64,000 nucleotides of DNA from Octopus vulgaris (lineage: Eukaryota). How positions within the stretch are numbered: position 1 is the stretch's first letter; each line of letters opens with the position of its first letter. The translations under genes were made by a program, and so were the position numbers. Location: positions 28,210,001 through 28,274,000 of the forward strand of contig OX597828.1 of assembly GCA_951406725.2 (NCBI GenBank). The letters run 5' to 3'. This document shows, piece after piece, positions 13,149 to 26,253 of the stretch. Below the pieces are notes generated by a model. The model had not been told where the DNA came from, searched no databases, and worked only from the letters and a program-made list of their open reading frames with translations.

Positions 13149-14493
13149 CTTGTGTGTATGTACATATATGTGTATGTATGTATTTATACACACACACACA
13201 CAGATACACATATAATATGTAAAAATATGCGTGCTTGTGTGCATTTTGAATTTGCGTTTATATAAAAAAAAACAAATCGGTAGCCTTAAACATAGCTTGC
13301 AGTCAAGTTCAACTTTAGTTAATTATTAAGAAATAATGTAATTCCATGCTATAACATCCTGATTAACTTCTCGTATACTTTGTAATTTGTTTTTTTTTTG
13401 TTTTTTGTTATTGTTTTTTTTCTAATCATATCTTTTTTTGTTGTTGTTGTTTGTCTTTGTTTTTGTTTTTTTTTTTCCTGCACTCAGTTGTGCATATCAT
13501 CAAATTTACATTTGCATCATATTTCCCTCTACTAAGAAAACTTCTGGCATCCATGTTTTGTACCCTTGTAAAAGAAGCAACGAAAAAGCTTGCTTATGTT
13601 ATGGTTTATTCCAACATCCTTTCTGTATGGCTTTGGAAATATCAAAGAATATGTATTAAACCATATTTCTTTTATTTTTTGTACTCTAATGCTATATAGT
13701 TATATAATTTTCTTCCCCGTATTCCTTCTTTTCTCCCCCATTATTTTTATTATTTTTACTTTTCATATGTTCTTGTTAGTCAAATTAATATTTCTGTCAT
13801 TTGCATTTAGTTTTTTTTTTTTTAAATATTTTTGTTTTTTTTCTTGTTCACCCCCCCCCCCCATCTTTATTTAATATGATATGAAACTCATTGAGAAGTT
13901 CAAATATTTTTGCTAATGTTTAAAGGGATTTTTAGATGGGATGGGGGGGGAGGGGGAATGAATGAAGAGAGAAAAAAATAATTCCATTTTTTACCTGTAA
14001 AAACTGCAACAGCATCATGTCACCTTTTCTTAATTCTATACAATAGTTCTTATCACCATTCTTCATATATTATTTATCAGTAGCATTATTCCACGTCTTG
14101 TTTTTACATATTTTTGTTTTTTAACATTGAGTCTTTACATAAAGGACAGAATTAAGTTCAGCACTATACATAATGTCTCTCACTATAGAGCAAAAATAAT
14201 GAAATGAATGAATAAATGAATGAAATGAATTCCATCTCGTTACATTCTGGGTTCAAATCTGTCTGAGGTCAACTGTGGCTTTTACGTTGATTAGCTACAG
14301 TTTCTGTCAGGCACGAGAGAAAATATAATCAACTCACCCCCACCCTCACCCCTGTTTTCTGGCTTTCAACTTTTACAAGACAGCAGTATTTATTCCGGAC
14401 GCAGCACCTTAGGCAAGTGTATTCTTCTATTGTGCCAGGCCAACAAATACCTTATGAGTGAATTTAGTAGACAGAAACTTTGTAGAAGCCTGT

Positions 14494-14524
<31 letters not shown>

Positions 14525-14557
14525 AAATAAGCAACAAGAATAACTTCGGTGGTAATT

Positions 14558-14641
14558 TGGTACGATCGTTTCGCACTACATCATTTTATTAAATGTTGTA
14601 GGTATTACAACAGTTTTAAAATGCTGAGCACTCATCAGCCA
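14558..14641 (-). ncRNA. Type I hammerhead ribozyme with long stem II, in a PLE-type insert (~14521-14850) within (TA)n
   Basis: Minus strand: UGG CUGAUGA GUGCU..CAUUUUA..UGUUGUA-loop-UACAACA..UAAAAUG..AGUGC GAAA CGAUCG UA CCA. All core nucleotides are intact and stem III is palindromic. Confidence 0.8.
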
Positions 14642-14859
14642 TTAATAGAGGTTTTCCATTAATACATAATTTTCCTATTAAGTGATAACATTATAGAGAA
14701 GGTAGATATAGACAAAGATGGGAATTTAAATGTGGATTTAGACAAAGATGTGGATTTATATTTTGATTATAATCACCCCATGGATTTATATGAATAAAAC
14801 CATACAAAATTCTGGTGCATCTAACTTAAGTACCATATTCATTTGAATATATATATATT

Positions 14860-15790
14860 ATCATCATCATCATCATTGTTTAACATCCGTTTTCCATGTT
14901 GGCATGGGTTAGATGGTTTCACTGGGATCTGGGAAGCCAGGAGGCTGCACCAGGCTCTAGTCTGATCTGGCAATGTTTCTACAGCTGAATGCCCTTCCTA
15001 ATGCCAACCACTCCAAGAGTGTAGTGGGTGCTTTTTACATGCCACCAGAACAGGGGCCAGAATTTGTATGCATGTGTTCTTTCCACATTGCTTGACAACC
15101 AGTGCTGGTTTGTTTATATCCCTGTGCTCTGATGGTTCAGCAAAAGAGACTGGTAGAATAAGCACCAGACTTAAAACTAAGTAATAGGTTTTATTTGTTA
15201 AGCCTTTCAAGGTGATGCTCCAGAATGGCTGCAGTCTAATGACTGAAACCATTAAAAGATAGAAGATAAAACTAATATTTTACACTATTAAAAAATTCAG
15301 AACCTTTATGTTCTGAGTTTGAATCCTGATTCCTGTCACCAACCTTTGCCTGCTTCCAAGCAAAGAAACACCCTTCTTGTCTATCAAGCAACCACACAGC
15401 TCTGACGTAGGTTTCAACTTCTTTTGTTTATTTTCACTGAATACATAAATGACAAAGAGAACTCACACACATGTACGCACATACACACACACACTCACAT
15501 GCACACGTACACACATATATGCATGCACATGCACATATATGCATGTATGTGTAAAAAGCACTCATGCCAGTGCCACGAGGAAGTGCTCACGTTGGGGCCA
15601 CATTAAAAGCACCCAGCACACACTGTAAGGCAGTTGGCATTAAGAAGGGCATCTAGCCACAGAAACCAAGCCAAATAAAAGAATGGAACCTGGTGCAGCT
15701 TCTCAGCTTGCCTGCCCTGGTCAAACCATCCAACCAATGCCAACATGGAAAACGGACACTAAAGGATTATAATGATGATGAGGATGATAT
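14860..15790. mobile_element. Oppositely oriented RTE tails (14860-15060 minus, 15555-15790 plus) around a SINE tail
   Basis: Family motifs gtttctacagctgaatgcccttcctaatgccaacc and aagggcatctagccacagaaacc. Confidence 0.7.
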
Positions 15791-16377
15791 GTTGTGCAGT
15801 TAAGAAGTATAGGTCCAATCTTGTAGCATAGTCCAAAGGTCAGCTAGAGCCTTGTGAGTAGACTTGGTAAATAGAAACCGAAAGAAGCCTGTTGTGTGTG
15901 TGTGTGTTTGTGTTTACATTTGTTCTTCACCACTACTTAACAAGTAGTTTTGGCTTATTTACACTGACACTCACCCCCATGACTTAGCAGTTTGATAAGA
16001 GTGATTAATTGAATAGGTATCTGACTTAAATAAATAAGGGCATCATGTTCTTCAGCTGAACACTTCATTTCACATTGCTTCACTTCATTCACCTGTAAAA
16101 CAGGTAACCCTGCGGCAGACTGACTTCCTGATTAGAGAGAATCGGCCCATTTGGCTGCATGCATTTGTTGCATCGCAATGGCTGTGATATGTGGCTGCCT
16201 CCCATGGGGGAGCAGGAGTGGCTCATTTCATGTATATAAGCACATATGTATATAAATATGTATACATACATATATATATATGTATAAAATTAAATAAGGG
16301 TAGAAATTGATATTAATCAATTAAAACCAGTGGCCTAGCATATTTTTAAAAAATCCAAAGATTAAAAATTTTTCACA

Positions 16378-16619
16378 TATAAAATTTAAAGGACTGACCA
16401 CTAAAAGTGGACAGTCTATATGCTAGATATAGATGTCAAAATCGCTATTTTCCATGAAGAACATGTTCTCAAGAAAAAAACTCAGCAAAAATCCAAACAC
16501 ATTGTTTTTTTGCTGAGTTTTTTCTTGAGAACACATTCTTCATGGAAAATAGTGATTTTGACGTCTATATCTAGCATATAGACTGTCCACTTTTAGTGGT
16601 CAGTCCTTTAAATTTTGTA
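16378..16619. repeat. Long hairpin with ~110-bp arms, in an insert within (TA)n
   Basis: aaaatttaaaggactgaccactaaaagtggacagtctatatgctagatataga...ctcagcaaaaa, a short loop, then a near-perfect reverse complement. Confidence 0.95.
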
Positions 16620-17485
16620 TATATATATATATATATCACCATCATCATCATTTAATGTTCGTCTTCCATGCTGACATAGGTTGGACAGTGTGACAGGAGC
16701 TGGTTAGGTAGGAGCATGCACCAGACTTCTGTGTCTGTTTTGGCCTAGTTTTTACAGCTGGATGCCCTCCCAAATGCTAATCACTTTACAGTGTGCACTG
16801 GATGCTTTTTGTGTGCCGCCAAACACTGGTAGGGTCACCAAATAACTTATATATATGTGTGTGTGTGATGGGCTTCATTCAGTTTCTGTCTACCAAATTG
16901 ACTCATCAGGTTTTGGCCAACCCAAAGTTATTGTAGAAGACCTTTGTCTTAGGTGGGCCCAAAACCATGTGGTTGGGAAGCAAACTTTCTAGCCACAGTC
17001 ACACACACACACAAATATATTTGAATTATGCATTAGGAAGGGCATCCAGCTCATGAAAACCATGCCCAAACTAACAGTGCTTGGTTCAGTTCTTCAGTTT
17101 GCTAGCCCCTGTCAAACTGTCCAACCAATGCCATCATGGAAAACATTAAATAATAATGATGATAATAATTATGCAGTAGAAGCATAATTAAAAGAGATTA
17201 AAATTGTTATCTATATAACATACACAATATGAGCGCGTCATTGAAAAGCCAGAAGCTGCAGTTTTTTTTCATCTGGAGACAATTCCTTTATTGATGTATT
17301 ATTTTAAAGAACACAATATGCATCGGAACTGGGCAAAAGAAAATCACCCTGGAACTGACAATATTTATAGAGTGGGATTGAACTAGCTACATGATTCCAA
17401 AGCAAACTTCTTAACCGTACAACCATATAAATAGATGTTTATAAGAACTGATATGGTTCCAGTTGGGAAGTCTTTTAAAATTTAA

Positions 17486-17680
17486 CCCTTTCGTTACCAT
17501 AATGATTAACTTTGAAATTAATAAAGAATTTAGTGAAGTAATTTTGTCATTATTATGCTGGCATTTCAAAGATAAATTAACATGAAATTTTTGGGAAAGC
17601 TTTTAATTTGGATCATTTTAAAACTGGAGGTTTGTATTGTAGAATCAGAGGTGGTCTTCGATGGTTTGGTATCAAAAGGG
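17486..17680. mobile_element. piggyBac-type MITE
   Basis: TTAA|CCCTTT...AAAGGG|CTAA. Homologous, in inverted orientation, to 18681-18903. Confidence 0.75.
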
Positions 17681-18380
17681 CTAAAACACACAAACATACG
17701 CAAAAAATAAGAACTTAAGAAAGAAAGAAACTGCTTAAAAGAGTGAACGAATGTATTTATTATTATCTAACAAATGATAAACTTATACTGAATCTTACCT
17801 TAAGATGAAAAGGTGGGCTAATATATAAATCAATATTTGTTCTTATTTCAATAACTAATTGAATGAATCACAAGAACTTCACACTTTTGCAGACTCTCTT
17901 CAACTGAACAACCGCTGCTGCTGCTGCATACCATTAGCTATCCCAGAATGCAGTGTGCTAACTTTTGGGTAAACAGATTATGAATTAATAATCTGCACGT
18001 TTAATGCTGTGACACATGCATTTATGATCACATGCATTTAACCTTACCATGTCATAAAGACGTAGAATTATACTAACATGCAGACACACGTTCTGTATAC
18101 ATTGTTGGTGTGTCTGTCTGTTTATATATTTTTATTTAATTTTTTGGTATATATCCCTTAATAATTAGATGACCAGCCCATAGCAGGAGATATAAATGTG
18201 CCACTGATGTCTGTGTGTGTGTGTATTTATATCTTTGTGTGTATATTTGTATTTGCTTATTTATGTATATGTGTGTATGTATATGCATATACTTACATAT
18301 GTGTATGTAAATGTGTACACATATGGAAAAATATGTATATAAGTGTGTGTATGTACATGTGTGTGTTTGTGTGTGTGCGT

Positions 18381-18485
18381 AAGTTTGGTATTACAAACAG
18401 GATACATAGAACTCAAAATGTGAGTATACAAATATTTATACTCAAGTTTTGAGTTCTGTGTATTCTGTTTGTAATACCAAAACTT
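18381..18485. repeat. ~105-nt imperfect hairpin
   Basis: aagtttggtattacaaacaggatacatagaactcaaaa / ttttgagttctgtgtattctgtttgtaataccaaaactt. Confidence 0.9.
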
Positions 18486-18556
18486 ATACATACACACATA
18501 CACATGTATATATGTATACATACATATATATTCATGCTCATACATACATACATACA

Positions 18557-18592
<36 letters not shown>

Positions 18593-18680
18593 TATATATT
18601 CATACATGTGTGTGTGTATCTTTGTGTTTGTCCCCCTTCACTATGTGACAACCAGTGTTAGTTTGTTTAAGTCCCTTTAA

Positions 18681-18903
18681 CCCTTTCTTTACCAACCCAG
18701 CTGAAACCGCCTCTGGCTCTGTAGTACAAATGTCTTGTTTTCAAAAGTTCTGAATTAAAATCTTCCAGCAAACCTTAGTCACAATTAATGTTGTTAACAC
18801 TAGCTGAATAATAACCAAGTCATTTTACTAAATTTTTTGTTATATTTAAAGTAATTGAACGAAACTCAGAAGAACATCTCAACAGAATACAGCAACGAAA
18901 GGG
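18681..18903. mobile_element. piggyBac-type MITE inserted in a SINE tail
   Basis: TTAA TSD on both sides (18677-18680, 18904-18907); termini CCCTTTC...GAAAGGG. Confidence 0.85.
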
Positions 18904-19470
18904 TTAATCTGAGTGGCACAGCAAAAATATTAGGCTCTAAGACAAACAAAAGCGGAAAGTGATATTCATTTATAAGCACACACACACACACACACATGTA
19001 CATGTATCTAGTTCGATATAATTTGTTTGGATGTATTCTCTTCACAGTCAAGTCTAAGCAAAATATGACTGTGTTGTAGACTCGTTTCAATTTTAGACAT
19101 CCTTAAAAATATATGGAACTCCATCTTGGTTGTTATAAGATGTAGGAAAGATTAAAATAAGTGAGGAATAATCATGGCATCACTCATTTCTCTCTATATT
19201 TATTGCTAATCATTTTGTCCTCGACATTCATATATAATGCAAGATGCCAATGTTTATGCAGTGGTTCTTCTATCATCTGTCGTAGAACCATGTTCTTGTG
19301 AAGGTGTTATTTTACATCTGTGACCAATGTTGGATTAAATGGCAGAGGAGTCATGCAGAGGAATCAGTTTTCAGACCTTTGACCAATCAGTCAACATTCA
19401 AAAGCTGTCTGGACATTCCTAATCAAAGAGTTGAATCTGTTTATTTTAGCAAAACCAAGCTAAAATTAGG

Positions 19471-19530
<60 letters not shown>

Positions 19531-19531
<1 letters not shown>

Positions 19532-19983
19532 GCATGGGAGTGGCTGTGTGGTAGGAAGTTTGCCTCCTAATCACATGGTTCTGGGTTCAGTCCAACTGTA
19601 TGACACTTTCAGCAAGTATCTTCCATTTTAGCCCTAGGCTGATCAAAGACTTGTGAGTGGATTTGGTAGACAGAAACTGAAAGAAGCCCATTGTGTGTGT
19701 GTGTGTGTATTTATATGTATATTCTGTGTGTATCTTTGTCAGGATATAACATGGTGGTTTTTAAACGATCATCATCATCATCATCATTATCATCATACAG
19801 CAAGGCTGTTCATTCCCAGTCTTCTATCAAAATCATGTCTAGTTATGGGGAAATATTACTTTGCCTGGAAACAGGTGAGGGTTGAGTATAAGAAGAAAAG
19901 CTCTAGAAAATATGCCTCAGCAGATTCTGTCTGACCCATGCCAGCTTGGAAGACTGGACATTAAATGATGATGATGATGATGA
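19531..19983 (+). mobile_element. tRNA-derived SINE, family B (CORE-like) with (GAT)n tail
   Basis: ggagtggctgtgtggtaggaag...gggttcagtcc...gtgagtggatttggtagacagaaactgaaagaagccc. Confidence 0.8.
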
Positions 19984-20201
19984 CATATGTATGTATGTAT
20001 TTTATCTTCTGTTCTTTACTTGTTTCAGTTATTAGACTGTGGCCATACTGGGGCATCGCCTTCAAGAATTTTTTAAGCCTGGTACTTATTCTGTTGGTCT
20101 TTTTTTACTGAAGTTATGGGGATGTAAACAAACCAACATCGGTTGTCAAGTGGTAGTAGGAAACAAACACAGGTGCAAGGATACATACAGAGATATATTT
20201 A

Positions 20202-20726
20202 CTAGCTGACGTACCCAGTAATCCCCAGGAAAGTGGGGCTTATCCCTTGGTTCCATTCTCATAATTGTTTCACTATTCCAATAACAACAATACAAAGTAT
20301 GTAGCCCTTAAAACAGTTTTTGTGCTAATTTACTGAAGATGCCGAACTGTCTTACACATAATCTTGTTTTTAGAAATTCCCAATAAGTTATGAATACCCA
20401 AATTGTAAAGTCAGTTATGTAATAACATGAAATTAGTTACCCGATAGTAAGAATTCAAACAAAGTAGCCCCGACCAAATAATTTAAGAAAATGAATGGGT
20501 TATTTCCCTTGATTTTTAAAATAAAATGCATTAGATAAATATAAAGATCCCTTCCAGGGTCCCTATTATCGACTTTTTTCAACAATCTGAGTATGCCATG
20601 AGGTTTCCAGACATAAGTTCTACTCGTGTGCCAAGTTTCATCAAAATCGATAAAACGATGTAGGAGGAGTTAGTTAACAACTCCACAAACACATCTACAG
20701 ACAGAATTTCCCACATATGTAGAAGA
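20202..20726 (-). mobile_element. Non-autonomous Helitron-like element
   Basis: Minus strand reads A|TCTTCTACATATG...CCTGGGGATTACTGGG (decayed hairpin) TACGTCAG CTAG|T. Confidence 0.65.
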
Positions 20727-20728
20727 TA

Positions 20729-21234
20729 TCTATATATATAAAACTCTAGTTGTGTGAGTGTCTGTCCCCTTCGATTTAGATTCCTAACTCCTCCCACATT
20801 TTGCGGTGCAGTTTAACCAAATTCGGGTATCTTATAGTCGTGATTCATATCGAGCCCGTCTGAGTATTAGCGCGCGTCAACGATGAGTCTACGATTTTAA
20901 AAATAATTTAACATCATTTTTTATTCCATTTTAATGCATAAAATGCATCGTGTGTCGATGGCGGTGGAGTTAGCGTCCACGCTCACAGCTGCACCTGTTT
21001 GCTTCTCCCCCTTCCCTCCCTCGTGAAGCTGTGGGGAAGGGAGTGTAAAGAAATCAACGTCGTAATGCGTTGTGAAGGAGACCAGCGTTCTTTTAGAACA
21101 ACGACTTCATGGCTTGAAGACACCAAAACAAAAATGGCTAAGAAAGCCCGAATTTATAAGGGAAGTAACTCTCTAAAAATGCTTATATAGTTATTTCCCT
21201 TACAAACCTGAGCAACGCCGGGCGATACTGCTAG
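20729..21234 (+). mobile_element. Non-autonomous Helitron
   Basis: A|TCTATATATATAAAA start, subterminal hairpin CCTGAGCAACGCCGGG, CTAG|T end, no TSD. CpG-rich, so probably young. Confidence 0.85.
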
Positions 21235-21822
21235 TATATATATATATATATATATATATATACAACAATCTTGCTTCCCAGCCACATGGTTTTGGGTTCT
21301 GTCCCACTGTGTGGCACCCTCAACAAGTGCTTTCTGCTTTAGCCTTGGGCCGACCGAAGCTGTGTGATCGAATTTGGTAGGCAGAAATTACCATCGTATG
21401 TGTAAGTGCTTGTGCCTCCTAACAACGGGTTTCTTTCAGTTTCCACCAACCAAATCCACTCACAATGCTCTGGTCAGGTCCAAGGCTATAGTAGAAGACT
21501 GAACCTGGAACCATGTGGTTGGGAAGTAAGCTTCTTACCACACAGCTACGCCTGTGCCTACCTTTTCTTCATTTCAATTGTGCTACATTCAGCAAAGTAA
21601 GCTTTGCTTCTTATAACTGTTTGTGCTTATAATGATGCTGAAGCAGATTCTTTCCATTGTACATAGAAACACAGAACTTCATATCCTAGTATACAGTGAC
21701 CCCTATGGGTTATATGGTCACTGTGGAATTTATCTTCTGAAGATATTGATCCAATATTTCCAACTACTATCGTGTATGCCATAACTCTCTGCCTCATTTC
21801 TGTTATATTTTGTGTGTGTATG

Positions 21823-21853
<31 letters not shown>

Positions 21854-22344
21854 ATGTGTGTGTGTGTGTTTGGTTATTCTTAAATTTTGTTCGAGCCATC
21901 ATGACCTGAACCAGGCTGTAGTATCCTTTGCTTCTAAGTTGCGTGCAAGTGTATTACTGCTCATCATCTTCCTCCTCTCCTCCCCCTCCTCCTCCTCCTC
22001 CCCCTCATCATCATCATCATGATTAATATCACCAATATCATTATTTTCTTTTTCCACTTCGTTTTTTTTTTTATTAATTGGCCTTAAATTTATTTGTTAT
22101 TCACATGTGTGAATATGTATGTGTACGCATATAAGCAAAGTTGGACAGATGGAAACTATGTTGAAGCACATAGATAGATTGTATTTCTAATTGAAAAGTA
22201 CAAACTCTCATTGCAACCATGTGGTTTGAGGTTCAGGCTCACTGCATGCATAGCACCTTGAGCAAATGTCTTCTTTTGTAGCCCCAGGTCAAGCAGTGCC
22301 TTGTGAATGAATTTGGTACATGAAAACTGTGTGAAAGCCTATTG

Positions 22345-22353
22345 TATCTATCC

Positions 22354-22417
<64 letters not shown>

Positions 22418-22438
22418 GACTGTCTGTCTATCCATCCT

Positions 22439-22483
<45 letters not shown>

Positions 22484-22588
22484 ACCTATCTATCTATACC
22501 TACCTATCTATCAGTCTGTCTGTCTATCCATCCTTCTATCTATCTGTCTATCTATCTATCTATACCTATCTATCTGTCTGCCTGCTTG

Positions 22589-22634
<46 letters not shown>

Positions 22635-22685
22635 TGTCTGTCTGTCCGTCCGTCTGTCTGTCTATCTATCTATCTATCTATCTAT
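22345..22685. repeat. Compound (TCTA)n/(TCTG)n/(CCTG)n microsatellite inside a family B SINE
   Basis: Seen directly. It explains the 269-aa ORF at 22307-23116. Confidence 0.95.
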
Positions 22686-23216
22686 ATGTATTTATATATG
22701 CCTTTATCTTTGGCCCCAACCATCACTTGACAACCAGTATTGGTTTGTTGACATCCTTGCAACTTAGTGGTTCTGCAAAAATGACCAATAGAATTAGTAA
22801 CAAGCTTAAAAATCAAGTTCTAGGATGGCCATGTCCAGCTGAACCCCTCAAGGTGGTGCTCCAGCATGGCTACTGCCCAATGACCACGACTAGGTCTTTT
22901 TACTTGGCACCAGCACCAGTTTCTTTTCACATGGCACCAGAAACAGTAATTTTCATGGAGCACCATTGCCAGTGCTTTGTATATGGCACCATCACTTTTA
23001 ATGTGGCACCATGGTTTTGGGACCTCAATTCTGTTGTGGTGGGCAATGCACCACATATCTCAGTCCTTTGTCATCTCCTTCATAAGGCTCAGTGTCTTGA
23101 GATCGGCCTTCAATAACCATGTCTTCCACAGCTTCCATCCACTTTAAGTAATCGGCATTTCTTTGTGAAGATATGACATAATTGAATTATTTCTGAACAA
23201 ACTTTCCTCTTGCTTT

Positions 23217-23252
<36 letters not shown>

Positions 23253-23430
23253 CACATACACAGAACATAAGCCCACAAGCCTGCAGATACACATACACAG
23301 TAAGATTCCTAGTTGGTGCACCTACCAGGTATGAACCATTTCAAAGAATGTCCGTATGTATTCACAAAACTAAGTATTAAAATGTTATACAATATGCCAA
23401 ACGCAAATACACACACTCACACATGTACAT

Positions 23431-23464
<34 letters not shown>

Positions 23465-23570
23465 GCACACACATGCATGCATTTCTATTCCCATTTATCC
23501 ACTTCTATGAATGCACTTACAGAGATGCTTGCTATTCCTTCAGTGTTTCAGATTAACCTTTATCCTCCTG

Positions 23571-23656
<86 letters not shown>

Positions 23657-23668
23657 AAATATATATGT

Positions 23669-23705
<37 letters not shown>

Positions 23706-24639
23706 CATTCACAGACACACATGTGCATATAATATTGTAGTTGCTTATAGATAACTCATTTATCTGGTTCAAAACCATATTTACTTCTTTGAGTATATAT
23801 CAGCAGTCAAAGTGACCGGCTTTACCAAGACTACAACAAACTGATTTCACCGGTCATGTTTAAATAGACAATAGTGTGTGTATTAGCTATGCTTCTTTCG
23901 CCTTAAATCTTGCCACCAAATCAGCTAGTTATTCTCCAACTAAGCTGTTGTCTCACTAACAGATAATCCGTGGTGAGAGCACACCATCTGGAAATGCTGA
24001 CACACTGGATAGACAAGTTAAGCTGCCTTTTTCACATATATTTCTTCTCCTTCAATACTCTGCCGCCATCAACGCTCAACTGCAGCTTTATATACACAGT
24101 CTTGCAGGCAATTGACAGTAGAGTTTGAAAGCAGTATACTGTGTTGTTGAAAGTCTAGTTATTGCTAATGAATAGGGTGCTTTATGTTTTGTTCCTGTTA
24201 GATTAGATTTGATTGAAATATTTCATTCTAAGATGTCAAGACTGGTTTTTGTTAATCAAAACAGCTTGTGAATTCTGTTTAGAGAACTGTTCATACACAG
24301 GAACTAGCAATTCAGTGTAATTATTAAAAAAAAAAAAAAAAAAAAGGTTTTCTAAAATACATTGGTGTAAAGATGGCTGAACACAGAATGAAATCATTTC
24401 AAATGCTGTCTTTTTCAATCTAGGTTAACCAATCAGAATCTTTCCTTGCAGTGTGCTCTTGTTGGTGAGCATTACTGGTGGCTGGTTGATATTTTATTGC
24501 CAATTGTTTACTCAGTTGCTGCTTCTAGTAGCAAATAATAAAATAAAAAGGTTAGAGAGAGAGAGAGAGACTATTCTTTTTGTATGTCTTTATTTAACAA
24601 CTGATAGCATTTTATTCTTTCGAGTTTGATAAAGGAAAT

Positions 24640-25250
24640 GCAGTAATAGATACAATATAAGTTGTTGTAGTAGACATACAGACATGGCTGGTTTACCTAT
24701 TTCTCTGTAAATTGGAAAAATTTCGAATGGCCTTAATCGATTCTCAACCTTTATTGGGGTCTCATCAGAGGTATTTATATCACTTGACCAATCTGAGAGA
24801 AACGGATTAAGACTTACTGAAATATTGATGGAGGATAAGAATGGTTGGCGCTATTTTACGTTTATGTTGGAAAGAGGGAAATTGGGTGGAATTTACAGGT
24901 GTTATGTAATCATGTGATGTGACCAGCTCCAGGCTGTGCACATTGAAGTTAATATCCACCTTCTGAAGGGTTTATCTGGTTGATAACCATCAACATCATT
25001 GGGTCTCAACTGGACTCCATATGACCCTTGCAGGATCCATGGAAGATTTGTTGTTAAAATTTAGTTTGCAGTTAATCGGTTATTTTTCTACAATACACAA
25101 AATATTTGAACAATTTTTTTATACAATTCCAAATAATATTTAATCATTAGAATACAATAGGCTTTTTTTAAAGGTGATATGGTTATGAAGGCGTGTCGAA
25201 GTAAAATGGGGTCTATAGAGGGGAATAGTTGGGAAATACTGATCTATACA
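24640..25250 (-). mobile_element. Highly degraded PLE 3' fragment with hammerhead motif at 24731-24771
   Basis: Minus strand: CCU CUGAUGA GACC ccaauaaa GGUU GAGA AUCGAU UA AGG (A14G relative to GAAA). Faint GIY-YIG-like residues upstream. Confidence 0.6.
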
Positions 25251-26253
25251 CAAGGATGTTTCCTATTTGTCATGTTTTGGTCAGAAAGGAGACAACTTGG
25301 ACAATTTGGCATGGCTGACTGGACATCTTGTTCTGATGACCGCACTATTTTGGCAGTGAAGGCAAATGCACACAGAGACACGTGCACAAAAATATACACA
25401 TAGAAATAGAGGGTAAGAGAGATGGAAAGAGACGGACATTACCCATATGTACAAACATATCTAGATGTTTGCACACAGACAGAGTGGGGAGAGAGAGAAA
25501 GAACAAGAGAAACATTAAAATATCTGAGGTCAAATAAGTCAGCATTGAATCAGCAGCACCAAAGAAGTGACACCGAAACAGCTGTGCCAAAATGTCTCAT
25601 ACTCTGTTTTGGTTCATCACAGCTGCACCAGATCATTTCACTTTTTCTTCAAAAATGTGAGTAGTCATGTGGCTACTCTGCTACAAGAAACCTGATCTGT
25701 TCCAACTCTTTTCTCTCATACTTTACCCCTCTCTACTCCTCATCTCATAACATAAAGTCCCCACCACCACCACCACCTCAAGGGTTGTAATTTTACAAGC
25801 TACATAGTGACATTACTAGTACTGAAAAAAAAAGGTAACCTGTGTTTGACATTTGGAAGGGCATCTAGGTGCAGAAACCATCCCAAAGCAGACAATGGAA
25901 CATAGTGTAGTCCTTGTGCCCAACAAATCCTCTCAAACAATACCAGCATGGGACATAGAGATTAAATGATGATGATGATGATGACGATGACGACGACGAC
26001 AATGATGATGATGATGATGATCATCATCATCATCATAATTTATGTTACATTTCTGTGTAGCTTAAAATTTGTTGCATGATTCATTGATAACTAAATGAAT
26101 CCAAATCTTTTCCAGGAATAATGCAATATTAAGTTGGGCAGTAAGACAGTCTACTCTAGTCATGGTTATCTTATCTAGAGAACAGCCCCTTTTCATTTTC
26201 AATGTATTTAATACATGAAAAATGTCTCTCTGTTGAAAGATATACCAAAAGTG

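Noticed and set aside
22307-23116. 269-aa ORF, the longest in the track
   Set aside because: Read-through of tetranucleotide microsatellite, SINE and antisense RTE sequence; not a protein.
25332-25370. CTGATGA...GAAG hammerhead-like string (and CTGATGT...GAAAC at ~29742)
   Set aside because: Core mismatches and poor stems; compatible with chance.
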